Made by a program: the position numbers and the translations under genes
In this document: positions 46,375-56,377 of the stretch, piece by piece
Position numbering within the stretch: position 1 is the stretch's first letter
Layout: the number at the start of each line of letters is the position of its first letter
Notes under the pieces: model-generated
The model's database searches: none
The model's input: the letters and a program-made list of their open reading frames with translations, nothing else
Told to the model about the DNA's origin: nothing
NCBI GenBank assembly: GCA_963666985.2
Contig: CAXXIA010000002.1
Location: 1,344,001 to 1,408,000 of the forward strand
Reading direction: 5' to 3'
DNA: 64,000 nucleotides
From: Spirochaetia bacterium
Lineage (GTDB): Bacteria; Spirochaetota; Spirochaetia; DSM-2461

Positions 46375-47583
46375 CTATTCCTCTTTCGGCAAAGGCAGCC
46401 AAGCCCGGACTTCAAATCCGTCCGGACAGGGACCGAATTCCACCTCGCCGTTCAAAGCGCCGACCCGTTCCCTCATACCGGTGATTCCCAAACCTTCCAT
46501 CACTTCTCCGCCGCCTCTTCCATTATCACGGATAATCAGCCTGAGCACATCCTTATCATGCCGAAGATAAATCATTATTTCGGTAGCCATGCCGTGGCGG
46601 AAAGCGTTCGTCATCCCCTCCTGCACCAATCTGTAAACCGTCTTTTCCACAATAATCGGCCAGTTTGAGGGAACATTGCCGTAATCGGCACAAACACGAA
46701 TCCCGGTGACATCGCCGAAGGCCTTTACCAACCTCTGAATCGCCGAAATTCCCGAAGCCGCGGAAATTTCCCGTGTCCGAAGCTGTCTCATGGCCATTCG
46801 GGTCTGCTCAAGGCAAAGGTCGGCTTCTTCCACGGACTGTCGAATCAATTCAACGGTTTCATCAGGATTGTTATTCATCCGAAGCGTCGCCGCCTCAAGC
46901 ATCACGCGGATATTGGTTAAGGAATACCCGACGGTATCATGGATTTCCCTCGAAATTCGGCGTCTCTCTTCGGCAATCGAATCGCCCCGGACTTCTTGGG
47001 CGTAATGCTGGTATCCGAGATTTACTTCGGCCAGCCGGGAAACGGCCAAATCCAGCCGATCCACAGTGCCTCGCCATCGGGTTTCTCCATCCAATGCCCG
47101 GCGCAGCATCTGAGCCAAAACAATCGCAGGCAGCACCAACGCGGCAAAAACAATAAATTCTCCCGGATTCCAGCCGGAGACGGGAACGCCGAAAACACTT
47201 CGGTCCGGAATTACGGCAATCAACGCCGCTGAAAGGGTTAAGGCAATAATAATTCCGCCCCAAACCGTGCTTTGCCGAAAACCGGTTTCCTGTATAACGG
47301 CCAATACAAAAAGAACCGGTATATACGGATCTCCCGGAACGGCATAACAGTACAAATAGACGACCATCAGACGCAGAAGCAAAGTAAACCTGGAAATTTC
47401 AACGCCGAAGAACCCGCCGAAAATGGCTAAAAAGGCGGCGAATCCCAACAGAAATCGATATTGCCAGACAAATCGCTCAAGAAAAGGTATTTTTTCAACA
47501 ATTCCGGGAATCGACTTCCAAATCACCCAGTAGAGAAACAATGAAACGGCCGCGGCGGCAATACGGCTGTGTGATTTCACCAT
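46375..47583 (-). CDS. Sensor histidine kinase (HisKA_3 type)
   Basis: TM N-terminus; 'EERRRISREIHDTVG', 'QEGMTNA.RH', 'DNGRG', 'GLG..GMRER'. Confidence 0.93.
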   Translation of the reverse strand: MVKSHSRIAAAAVSLFLYWVIWKSIPGIVEKIPFLERFVWQYRFLLGFAAFLAIFGGFFGVEISRFTLLLRLMVVYLYCYAVPGDPYIPVLFVLAVIQETGFRQSTVWGGIIIALTLSAALIAVIPDRSVFGVPVSGWNPGEFIVFAALVLPAIVLAQMLRRALDGETRWRGTVDRLDLAVSRLAEVNLGYQHYAQEVRGDSIAEERRRISREIHDTVGYSLTNIRVMLEAATLRMNNNPDETVELIRQSVEEADLCLEQTRMAMRQLRTREISAASGISAIQRLVKAFGDVTGIRVCADYGNVPSNWPIIVEKTVYRLVQEGMTNAFRHGMATEIMIYLRHDKDVLRLIIRDNGRGGGEVMEGLGITGMRERVGALNGEVEFGPCPDGFEVRAWLPLPKEE

Positions 47584-47604
47584 GCCGAACGCTCCGAAAA
47601 AAAA

Positions 47605-49485
47605 TCATTGGCCAAGCAGCGCCAAACTGAACCAGGGCACGTAAGTAATCAGGAGCACGGCCACCAGCAGGACGACCAAGAAGGGCCAAACCTGACGATA
47701 AATACGCGGCATCGGTTCTTCGAACGTATAACTGGCAAGGAATAAATTCATTCCCACAGGCGGCGTCAGGTAACCCAGCTGAAGATTGGCAAGAAAGATA
47801 ATTCCCAACTGAACCGGATGAACTCCGTAAAGCTCGCCTAATGGGATGATGAGCGGAGCAACCACCAGAATGGCCGAATAAATATCCATCAGAGTACCTG
47901 TAATCAGCAGCGCCAGATTCAAAAGAATCAAAAAGACGAAGCGGGACGAAACGTGATTGCGGAAGAACTCGGTCAGCATCATCGGCACCTGGGCGTCGAC
48001 AATGTAATAACTCAGTCCCTTGGCCATGGCCAGAATCACCAGAACGCCGCCGATAACGGGCACGCCCCGGCGCAAAACCCTCAAGATAAGTCCCAAATTC
48101 AACTCTCCGGTTACCAGAGTCAAAACGAGGACATACACCACGGCCAAAGCCGCCGTTTCCACGATGTTCGTCAAACCCGTGAAGTAGGAGACTAAAAGCA
48201 CAACCGGAAGAAGCAAATCGCCCGCCGCTCCCTTGGTCGCGGAAACCAATTCCTTCCAGTTAAAGGGAACTCTTTCTTTTTTGTTCCGCAGGGCCCGCAC
48301 GATGCCCATTCCCGAAAGCACCAATACCAGAAGAATCCCCGGCATAAGGCCGCCGAGAAACATATCCAAAATACTGATCTGCGCCGTCACGCCGTACATA
48401 ATGATGGGCAGCGCCGGAGGGAAAAGCAGACCGACGCTTCCGGATGAGGTGATCAGACCGCGGGAAAAATCTTTTCCATACTGATTACTTTCCACCAGAA
48501 CGGATGCCAATAATCCTCCGAGTGCGAGGATTGTTACGCCCGAAGCGCCCGTGAACGTCGTAAAATACGCACAGGCCACCACCGCCACCACCGCAAGACC
48601 GCCGGGAAGCGATCCCAAGAACGCCTGAAAAAAGCGGACAAGCCTTTTCCCGGACGAACATTCGGAGAGCAGATAACCGGTTACCGTAAACAGAGGAATC
48701 GCGGGGATCATGTTTCCGGAAAGCAGATTATACGCCTCATTGGGCATGGATTCCAAAGCACCCCAATTTCCGGCGAACAGGAGAAGTGCCGTGCCGCCGA
48801 GCATCAGGTAAATGGGCAGGCCGCGGACACCCAGAAAAATCAGCAGAATAATGAGCGGCCAGCGCAGCCAGGAAAAAACCATGTACCAGCCGTCCACCGT
48901 ATCGAAAAAGAAGAACGGCAGACCCGGAACGGCCATACCCAGCAAATTCACAACGGAAGGCCAGGAAAGCAGCAGGCCGATAAAAAGTCCCGGCACAAGC
49001 CAGCCGGAAGGTTTTTGATGAGGACGCCAAAGGGAACGGACGGACATGGAAAGATATCCGAAAGGCAGAATAATCAGCACCAATCGGAGCGGAAAAATAC
49101 CGACACTCTCGCCCGGCGCGAATCCCAGTACCAGAAACGACGCCGAAGCCACGGCAAAGGCCATGTTGACCGCGCCTGATGATACGTCTTTAACACCGTC
49201 CACGATTTTCCAAAAACGCTTCGTCGGCGGTATGGAAGAACTGAGCGAAAGATGAACGCCCTCGCGGGATGCGGCAATGCCGCCCACCCATGCAACCCAG
49301 ACAACAATGTGCTGGAGGAATCCCGCGGACCAGACCAGTCCCGATCCGGTGAGTTTTCTCAGAATAATTTCCACAACAGGTACAACGGCCAGTCCGAGGA
49401 GAAAAACTCCCGCGAGAAGATCCTCTATCAAGGCCATTCGGTTGTCCCGGAGGCTCATTGTCTTTTCCGGCATAGGCATCACCAA
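47605..49485 (-). CDS. TRAP transporter fused small/large permease (DctQM)
   Basis: N-terminal 4-TM DctQ-like part; 'AIPLF', 'FTGASG', 'GSVGLLFPP', 'GYLTPPVGMNLF'; start uncertain. Confidence 0.9.
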   Translation of the reverse strand: MVMPMPEKTMSLRDNRMALIEDLLAGVFLLGLAVVPVVEIILRKLTGSGLVWSAGFLQHIVVWVAWVGGIAASREGVHLSLSSSIPPTKRFWKIVDGVKDVSSGAVNMAFAVASASFLVLGFAPGESVGIFPLRLVLIILPFGYLSMSVRSLWRPHQKPSGWLVPGLFIGLLLSWPSVVNLLGMAVPGLPFFFFDTVDGWYMVFSWLRWPLIILLIFLGVRGLPIYLMLGGTALLLFAGNWGALESMPNEAYNLLSGNMIPAIPLFTVTGYLLSECSSGKRLVRFFQAFLGSLPGGLAVVAVVACAYFTTFTGASGVTILALGGLLASVLVESNQYGKDFSRGLITSSGSVGLLFPPALPIIMYGVTAQISILDMFLGGLMPGILLVLVLSGMGIVRALRNKKERVPFNWKELVSATKGAAGDLLLPVVLLVSYFTGLTNIVETAALAVVYVLVLTLVTGELNLGLILRVLRRGVPVIGGVLVILAMAKGLSYYIVDAQVPMMLTEFFRNHVSSRFVFLILLNLALLITGTLMDIYSAILVVAPLIIPLGELYGVHPVQLGIIFLANLQLGYLTPPVGMNLFLASYTFEEPMPRIYRQVWPFLVVLLVAVLLITYVPWFSLALLGQ

Positions 49486-49737
49486 GTCAAAAGAACGGAA
49501 TATAGTAACATTCTATCTCAGTAAGACATTGAATGGGCCTTTTTCTCAAGACTTTCCGAATTGAAGTTTATAAAGGAAGGCCGAAATAGAGATTGATTCG
49601 ACAAAAAATATAATTTCAGCCGCCGATGAGGTCGTCAAATCGGGAGAAAGCCGGAAGCAAAAGAATCAAACGGCCACCGATACCCACTCGTAGAGCGGAG
49701 TGAAATCGGCGGCGTGATTTTCACCCGCCCGAGACAA

Positions 49738-51126
49738 TTAAAACGTATCGATATAACCCGTTTCGGCTTTTACCCGTTCCAGTTCACTCCGCAGCATCGG
49801 AAGAAGTTCATCTCCTTCGGGCGTACCGTAGAGATTGTGATACTGTCCGGGATCTTCCAACAGATCAAATATTTCCGGCCGCTTCTTATTATTCTGATAA
49901 GTGATATAGATATACCTATCGGTCCTCACCGCGGTGATTCCCGGAATGGGAATCGGATAAACCGGAAAATGCTCGTACAGCCAAGCGCTCCTCGTCGTCA
50001 TGGGACGGTCTTGAAGAATCGGCAGAACGCTCACCCCCTGCATGTTCTCCGGCACGGGAAGGCCGACAAGATCGAGCAGAGTCGGAGCCAGATCGATATT
50101 CAGCAGCATGTCGTCAACACGCCTTCCCGGATTATCAATGATTCCCGGTCCCCAGGCAAAAAAGGGAATCCTGATCGATTCCTCATAGGCGGACCGTTTA
50201 TCGTACAAACCGTGCTCTCCGAAATAATGGCCGTTATCCCCGGCGTAAATCACGAGAGTATTCTCATCCATTCCGGACTCTTTCAGGCTTTCAATGATTC
50301 GTCCCACTTGCTCGTCAAGAGAAAGAATGGTTTCGCAGTAGCGCTGATACAGGAACGGAAGCGGCGCCGGGGCCCCGACAAAAAGATTATCCCGGGTAAT
50401 CGTAAGCAGCGGATCGGCCTCCTGGGGAAGCTGTAAATCCGTATCATCGAACGTTCCGCGCAGATGTTTCGGCGGCAGGAAACCGAAATGAGCCGCTTTG
50501 TGCGAAAGGTAGAGACAGAACGGCTGGGAACGTTCTTTTTCAATGAACTCGAGCGCGAAATCGGTCAGATCCTCGGTAATGTATTTTCCGGGCCTCTCTT
50601 CTTCCGCTCCGTCGATAATAAGCGGACAGTTTTCATAAACGCCTTGTCCGCCTTGTGCCGTAAACGTGATGAAACGATCAATCCCGTCCACCTCGGGAAC
50701 CCCTTCTCCGGGCATATGCCATTTACCGATGAACGCCGTTTCATATCCGTTATCATGAAGAATCTCCAGAAAACTCGTATTTTGCTCTTCATCCCAGATG
50801 GTGTGATTGGTCGTTACGCCGTGAATGTGAGGATATTCTCCGGTTAAAAAACTGGCTCTGGAGGGACTGCAGAGCGAGGTTGTGCAGAACGAGTTTGAAA
50901 AAAGAATCCCACCTTCCGCGAGCGCATCAAGATTCGGTGTGTCGATAAACGGATGATTCATGCAGCCGAACGCGTCCCACCGGTGATCGTCGGCCAGAAT
51001 GAAAATGATATTGGGCCGGGGTTTAATTCTTTCATCTTCGGCCTTTTTTTCGGCCGACTGGGTAAACGCCGCGGTTGCCGTTGAAAACAAAATAACCGCA
51101 CTGACCATAAATTGTCTTATGTTCAT
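49738..51126 (-). CDS. Exported Cys-type formylglycine sulfatase (G6S-like)
   Basis: Signal peptide; 'PNIIFILADD', 'LCSPSRASFLTG', 'GKWH', 'DNG...GEH...K...YEES'. Confidence 0.93.
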   Translation of the reverse strand: MNIRQFMVSAVILFSTATAAFTQSAEKKAEDERIKPRPNIIFILADDHRWDAFGCMNHPFIDTPNLDALAEGGILFSNSFCTTSLCSPSRASFLTGEYPHIHGVTTNHTIWDEEQNTSFLEILHDNGYETAFIGKWHMPGEGVPEVDGIDRFITFTAQGGQGVYENCPLIIDGAEEERPGKYITEDLTDFALEFIEKERSQPFCLYLSHKAAHFGFLPPKHLRGTFDDTDLQLPQEADPLLTITRDNLFVGAPAPLPFLYQRYCETILSLDEQVGRIIESLKESGMDENTLVIYAGDNGHYFGEHGLYDKRSAYEESIRIPFFAWGPGIIDNPGRRVDDMLLNIDLAPTLLDLVGLPVPENMQGVSVLPILQDRPMTTRSAWLYEHFPVYPIPIPGITAVRTDRYIYITYQNNKKRPEIFDLLEDPGQYHNLYGTPEGDELLPMLRSELERVKAETGYIDTF

Positions 51127-51137
51127 GGAATACTCCG

Positions 51138-51704
51138 CTATCCGAACAGTTTGATATACAAATCGAGAAACCAGAAATAGTAGAAATGCCCGAGTCTCCA
51201 GAAGAAAATCGTAAACAAAGCGATTCCTATTAAAAGAAAAACGGATTCTCTTCTGAAAAGGATTCTTGCGGCGGCGTCGCCGGAACGCTTTTTCTTTACG
51301 GAATGACAGACAATCGAAGCAAGTCCGATTTCCAGGAAAGCGAAGACAACCGGCGCCAAGATACAGTGATGAATCAGCAGAAGAAGAACTTCTCCGACTG
51401 AGAAAATGCCGAAGAATGACGATAAAATCATGAAACTCTTGAGAACCGGAGCCGTCAGTGAAGCAATGATTCTTTCTCCGAAACCGGCGCCCTTGAAAAA
51501 ACCGAAGATGTAAATAATGAGCGGTGAAATGAAGCTGCAGAGAATCATGCCGATCAATCCGCTCCAAACGGCAACATCGTTCCAAAAAGGATTTCCAACG
51601 GCGACGGACCGATTGTATATCAGTGTGAAAAGTACTGTTCCGATAACCGCCGCCGAAGAGGGAATCAGCGAACGGTTTATGATTTCTTTGGTTACTCTCT
51701 GCAC
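51138..51704 (-). CDS. Hypothetical membrane protein (about 5 TM helices)
   Basis: aaggaggag RBS before the GTG; hydrophobic segments; 11 nt from the sulfatase start. Confidence 0.75.
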   Translation of the reverse strand: MQRVTKEIINRSLIPSSAAVIGTVLFTLIYNRSVAVGNPFWNDVAVWSGLIGMILCSFISPLIIYIFGFFKGAGFGERIIASLTAPVLKSFMILSSFFGIFSVGEVLLLLIHHCILAPVVFAFLEIGLASIVCHSVKKKRSGDAAARILFRRESVFLLIGIALFTIFFWRLGHFYYFWFLDLYIKLFG

Positions 51705-51772
51705 AAGCTCCTCCTTAGAGAGTCTTTTTGTAATGCTGCTTACCGAATTACTTACCGAATATCCGCGCGATT

Positions 51773-51905
51773 CAGCTGTGTGCGCTCGCTATTTTGCTGT
51801 GTAAAACAGCTGTATGCGTTCGCTAATTCGCTTCGCAAATCAGCTGTGCGGACTCGCGGCTCGGCTTTGCCAAACCGCTGTTGCCCGCTAATTCGCCGCG
51901 CGATT
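51773..51905. repeat. Degenerate 34-bp tandem repeat (4 units)
   Basis: cagctgt at 51773, 51807 and 51841, ccgctgt at 51875; shared downstream 'cgctaattcgc'-like motif. Confidence 0.75.
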
Positions 51906-51922
51906 CCGTCGACGGCCCGGAT

Positions 51923-52750
51923 TTAGGGATACACGTATCCGGCCTTCGGCGGCAGTGAATTGTAAACACGTTCTATATCCATCCTTCCCGACCTTCCAAA
52001 GGGTGAGAAACCGAATCCTCCAAAACGTCCTTTCACAAGAGTTCCCACCATATCGAAATTAAGACCGTTTATCGCGACGGCCGCCCCTTTCTTCAAATCC
52101 TTCGCTTTCGCGGCATACGGTTTCGCGGGAATCACAATGGTTCCCGAATCCGAAGCCTGCGCTTCAATAACCGGCAAAATTCGGGGAACTCCATCTTCGG
52201 AAACCCAGGAGAGGAATTTCAGGGTTTGAAGACCCTTCATGAGTTTCTCCGCCCAGCTCTTCAATATCCGGGACTTCCTCTTGTTTCTGTAGAACTGTTT
52301 CCCAATCATGTTGAGGGCGGCCCTGAACACAATCGCACCCATTTTTAAATCTTCGCCTTCGGAGATTTCAATCAGATCGAAATAGTGCACCGTATGAACT
52401 CCGAAATATGTGTTGTAGCGGAACAGAGGCTTCTTGTTGTACATGTCGAATTCCTCTCCCTCGGTTCGGCAATGGGTCCATCGGGCGGTTCCCGTCCAAA
52501 AACGCCTGTCCATGCTCATAATAAGAAAACCGACTTCCGGACGGATCCGCATGAAATCCTTGCTGAGCCCCTCGGTAAACTGACCCATAACCAACTGCCG
52601 CGGCGAAGACGCCTGAAGACTGGAGAGCATGGTGATGTGAGGCCCGCCCTCGTCGTCGAGGGTGGCGATCAGCCCGACTTTGTACGTCGATTTAAAACGC
52701 TCAATCATTTCATTGGTCATTGTTTCCATCACTGTTTCCTTTTGATTCAT
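51923..52750 (-). CDS. Tandem pyridoxamine-5'-phosphate-oxidase-like (split-barrel, flavin-binding) protein
   Basis: Two related halves 'KVGLIATLDDEGGPHI' / 'LKFLSWVSEDGVPRI'; ATGA-coupled to the activase. Confidence 0.75.
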   Translation of the reverse strand: MNQKETVMETMTNEMIERFKSTYKVGLIATLDDEGGPHITMLSSLQASSPRQLVMGQFTEGLSKDFMRIRPEVGFLIMSMDRRFWTGTARWTHCRTEGEEFDMYNKKPLFRYNTYFGVHTVHYFDLIEISEGEDLKMGAIVFRAALNMIGKQFYRNKRKSRILKSWAEKLMKGLQTLKFLSWVSEDGVPRILPVIEAQASDSGTIVIPAKPYAAKAKDLKKGAAVAINGLNFDMVGTLVKGRFGGFGFSPFGRSGRMDIERVYNSLPPKAGYVYP

Positions 52751-53685
52751 GATCCTGTCAAACCGGTCGCGAAGATCCTCTCGGGTGCGAGGCCCGAGTT
52801 AACGGCGGTTCGTCTGAACGATTCCATCCGGGCCGCTTCAACCAGCGGGGTGTCCGAATATTTCCACTCTTTTCCAAATCGCCGGTACTTCGCGCCGCAA
52901 AGATTATTGAACGCACACAATTCCCAGCGTTCTACCTCACCCTGCAGATCGTTTTTGATAAACTTGGAGATCGCCGCGATATTGCCCTCGGAATCGGTAG
53001 CTCCGGGAATCACCGGCGTCCGAATCCACAGGGCGGCTCCCGTTTCTTTCAGCCTTCCGGTAAGTTTCTTCAGATTCTCGAAAATCAGTCCGTTGTCCGC
53101 ACCCGTATGGGCCTTATGCTCGGCCGAGTCGAAAATCTTCATGTCGTACAGAAAAAGATCGGCATACGGAAGCACCGCTTCAAAAGCCGAGAACGAACAG
53201 AGTCCGCAGGTATCCACGGCCACATGAATTCCCTCCAGCTTTAAAAGACGGCAAACCTCAACGGTGAAATCGGCCTGAAACAGCGCTTCTCCGCCGGAGA
53301 GGGTAATCCCTCCCTGCTCGCCGAAATAGGCCCGATCCTTAATCAATTCCTTAACCAAAGCCTCGGGCGTATACCGTTCTCCTTTGGTCCGAAACGCGAG
53401 CGCGGGACAATTCTCACTGCATCGAAGACAGAGCCGGCACCGTTCCGCATCCCGTACGATGCCGCCCTCGCCCATGCTCAGCGCGCCTTCGGGGCAGTCC
53501 TTCACGCAAAGACCGCATCCGATGCACCGGTCCGGAAAATATTCCAGTTCCACCTTCGGCGAGATGCTTTCGGGATTGTGGCACCATTCGCAGCGCAGCG
53601 GGCAGCCTTTCAGAAAGACCGTCGTGCGCAAACCCGGTCCGTCTTCGGTGGACATCCGCTGGATGTCCAGAACAAGTCCCTCCAT
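52747..53685 (-). CDS. Glycyl-radical enzyme activating protein (radical SAM with ferredoxin-like insert)
   Basis: 'DGPGLRTTVFLKGCPLRCEWCHNPE'; two CxxCxxCxxxCP motifs; 'GITLSGGE'. Confidence 0.96.
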   Translation of the reverse strand: MEGLVLDIQRMSTEDGPGLRTTVFLKGCPLRCEWCHNPESISPKVELEYFPDRCIGCGLCVKDCPEGALSMGEGGIVRDAERCRLCLRCSENCPALAFRTKGERYTPEALVKELIKDRAYFGEQGGITLSGGEALFQADFTVEVCRLLKLEGIHVAVDTCGLCSFSAFEAVLPYADLFLYDMKIFDSAEHKAHTGADNGLIFENLKKLTGRLKETGAALWIRTPVIPGATDSEGNIAAISKFIKNDLQGEVERWELCAFNNLCGAKYRRFGKEWKYSDTPLVEAARMESFRRTAVNSGLAPERIFATGLTGS

Positions 53686-53686
53686 G

Positions 53687-56359
53687 CTACATGTCCCGAT
53701 GGCTTTCGCGCGCGATAATTTCGTCCTGGAGTTCCCGGCCGATACTGCTGAAATACGCGTTGTACCCCGTCACTCGGACAAGAAGATTCGGGAAATCCTT
53801 GGGGTGTTCCTGCGCTTCTTTCAACATTTCCGCATCGAGAAGATTCACCTGAAGAGCCGTGCCGCCGTTCTCGATATAGCCGCGCAGGAAGGCCTTGAAC
53901 TTCTCTTTCGCGGCGGGATTGCGAAGCAGCGACGTGTTGAAGGTAATCGTATGGCTGGCTCCGTTCGGCAGGCTGTTGAAGTAGCCCTCGTAATCACCGG
54001 CCGTCCCAGACGCAGCAGCTGCGGCATCCCCGAAAGCTCCGGCATCCCCAGATGCGTTCGCAGCAGCGGAAGAAGACACGGGGTTGGCCTGAACGGCGGC
54101 TTTATCCGCGAATCCGGGCGCGGCCGATGGAAGTTCCGCGAGGTTCACCGCACCCGCTCGGCCCGCCGCGGCCCTGCCCCCGAGCACTTTGCCCACAGAA
54201 TTGCTGTTGGCCGTCGGTCCGTTGATATCGGCTCCGTTGCTGGGACAAATGGCGTTGGAAAGAAACTGCCCCTTGCTTCGGCCGTCCGGGCTCGCGGGCA
54301 AGATGAATCCGTCGCCCACCCAGTAATTCCAGCTCAGCATACCCGGACGGTAAATCGCGTTCGTGGCCGCGGTTTTGTATTTCCATACTTCCGAAGTCCA
54401 GGTATCCATCACCTTCAGCGCCAACTCATCCGCTTCATCATCGTCGCGGCCGTATTTGGGCGCCTGATTCTTCGCGCGGGCCTGCAGAATTTCATGACCT
54501 TCCCAGTTGTCCTTCAGGGCCGCGACGAGTTCTTCGAGACTGCAGATCTTCTGATCGTAAACAAGGTATTTCACCGCCAGCAGCGAATCGACGGTCGTGG
54601 CGTAGGTAACCGCCTCAACCGTAACGAAGTTCAGTTCCGCGCCGCCGCGGGTTACATCGCGCGCCTTGTCGACGCAGCCCTTTACAAGCAGCGAAAGATA
54701 CGGAGTCGGGCTGAAGTCGGCGCGGATCGATTCGCTTTTCTCATAAACCTCGACCATTTTCGCGATGATGTATTTGGTCTGGAGAACATAGGCATCCCAG
54801 AACTTCTCCCAGCTGTCGAGCTGGGCAAGAGATCCGGTAACCGGACCGTCCTGTTCGATCTTTTCCGCCTTTCCGGTCATTTCATCAACGAAAGGTAGAA
54901 GATCCCGACCGTTGCCCAGCACCAGCTCAACGGCTTTCAGCAGGTTCAGGTTGCAGTTGACCGTATTGGAACGGTCGTTTCCCACCATCGTATTCTCAAG
55001 ACAGCCGACCGAAGCGTAATCAAAGACATTGTCCTTATTAATTAAGTCCTCCACACCGGCCATTTCGGCCTCGCGCAGCATGCCCGCCATGGACCTCTCG
55101 TCGAAGTTCAGCAGGAACGGAGCCCCCTGACTGGAAAGTATCATCTCAACAACCCTGTCCAGCAGATCCTCAGGACTGTTGCGGTGCAGCCTGACATTCG
55201 GCTTGGGTTCGAGAATCGGGCTCATCTCATCGATGACTTCAAGCAGCAGCCATGTCGTGTCGTTGGTCATATCCGCGCCGCCGGGGCCCATTCCCGAGAG
55301 ATTGAAAAGCTGCCCGAAGCCCGCTGTAATCCCTTGATTTCCGCCCACCCGAATCTGGGCGTCGTACACGGTGTTGCAGTGGAACCAGAAGCATCCGAGG
55401 ATTTCTTTCAGGAACTCCCGGTCCGCTCCTTCGGCGATCGATCTTTGATAAAAAGGATCGAGAATCTGATCCAGTCTGCCGAAGGACACTCCCGGACCGG
55501 GATAATTCTCATCGGCCATTACAAGCATATGGGTGAGCCACAGCGATTGGATCGCTTCATGGAACGTTTCGGCCCCCCGCCATGGAACCTTATCCATGAT
55601 TCGGGCCATTTCATGAAGCTCCTGTTTCCTGAACGAATCGTTTGCCGATTCGGCTTCCTTCCTGCAGATCCAGCTGTATTTCTCAGCCAATTCACGCGGT
55701 ATCGTGCAGGCCGTCATCATGGCCCGAAGCTGCGCGCCTTCGTCCCCGCTCTTTTCCGATGCGCTTAACGCCGCGTATTTCTTTTCCAGGCGGGCATAGA
55801 CGGCGGAAAAGCCGTCTTTCAGAATCACTTCGTAATGAGGAATAAGATGGCCGTTGGTGGCCCCCGCGTTTCCGTATCCATGGTTATGCATCCGAAGAAC
55901 CGAGGGTCTCACCCCGTTTTTTCCATACATCCGTTTATCGCGCCGTTTCGATTCCGATTTGGTCCAGCAGCCGGAAGTAAAGAGATTAAAATTCGATCCG
56001 CACAGAAGATCGCCGGGGAGAATGACTTTCTCCATGTGATTCAGCACGACTTCTTTCAGAAAAACGGCGCGGCGTTCGGCAATCGACTGTGTATAAAAGT
56101 CCTTCCCCATGGGAACATCGACCGCCGCCTGATAGGAAGACGCCCGGAAAGTTCCGTGGAAAGCGTAGGTTTCGGGGACAATCAAATAGCTGTTCTCATC
56201 ATAGAGAATGTCCCAGGGAGTTCCGGTGGAATAACAGGCGAACTCATTATTCCAGTCGCGCTCCACCCCCATGAAATAATAATCCCTTAAGGCTTTCACC
56301 CTCGGAGACAACTCTCCCGGTTCTTTGATGTTGAATTTTCTTTGGGCCGATTCCGCCAT
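53687..56359 (-). CDS. Glycyl radical enzyme (PFL2/eliminase-like, substrate unknown)
   Basis: 'SFGRLDQ', Cys loop 'VGCLEN', 'PKYG.DD..AD', 'ASPDGR', Gly loop 'LLVRVTGY'. Confidence 0.95.
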   Translation of the reverse strand: MAESAQRKFNIKEPGELSPRVKALRDYYFMGVERDWNNEFACYSTGTPWDILYDENSYLIVPETYAFHGTFRASSYQAAVDVPMGKDFYTQSIAERRAVFLKEVVLNHMEKVILPGDLLCGSNFNLFTSGCWTKSESKRRDKRMYGKNGVRPSVLRMHNHGYGNAGATNGHLIPHYEVILKDGFSAVYARLEKKYAALSASEKSGDEGAQLRAMMTACTIPRELAEKYSWICRKEAESANDSFRKQELHEMARIMDKVPWRGAETFHEAIQSLWLTHMLVMADENYPGPGVSFGRLDQILDPFYQRSIAEGADREFLKEILGCFWFHCNTVYDAQIRVGGNQGITAGFGQLFNLSGMGPGGADMTNDTTWLLLEVIDEMSPILEPKPNVRLHRNSPEDLLDRVVEMILSSQGAPFLLNFDERSMAGMLREAEMAGVEDLINKDNVFDYASVGCLENTMVGNDRSNTVNCNLNLLKAVELVLGNGRDLLPFVDEMTGKAEKIEQDGPVTGSLAQLDSWEKFWDAYVLQTKYIIAKMVEVYEKSESIRADFSPTPYLSLLVKGCVDKARDVTRGGAELNFVTVEAVTYATTVDSLLAVKYLVYDQKICSLEELVAALKDNWEGHEILQARAKNQAPKYGRDDDEADELALKVMDTWTSEVWKYKTAATNAIYRPGMLSWNYWVGDGFILPASPDGRSKGQFLSNAICPSNGADINGPTANSNSVGKVLGGRAAAGRAGAVNLAELPSAAPGFADKAAVQANPVSSSAAANASGDAGAFGDAAAAASGTAGDYEGYFNSLPNGASHTITFNTSLLRNPAAKEKFKAFLRGYIENGGTALQVNLLDAEMLKEAQEHPKDFPNLLVRVTGYNAYFSSIGRELQDEIIARESHRDM

Positions 56360-56377
56360 ATCCTTAACCTCCTCGTA

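Noticed and set aside
51127..51585. Long upstream extensions of listed ORFs (sulfatase, OmpA protein, yheO, dppB, patB, trpGD)
   Set aside because: They overlap neighbouring genes or promoters; internal starts have an SD or a signal peptide.
51773..51905. Possible CRISPR mini-array
   Set aside because: Units are contiguous and degenerate, with no unique spacers and no cas genes.
53687..56359. Calling the GRE pflB, cutC, hypD or hpdB
   Set aside because: It lacks the PFL Cys-Cys pair and the diagnostic neighbours of the others; no symbol is supportable.
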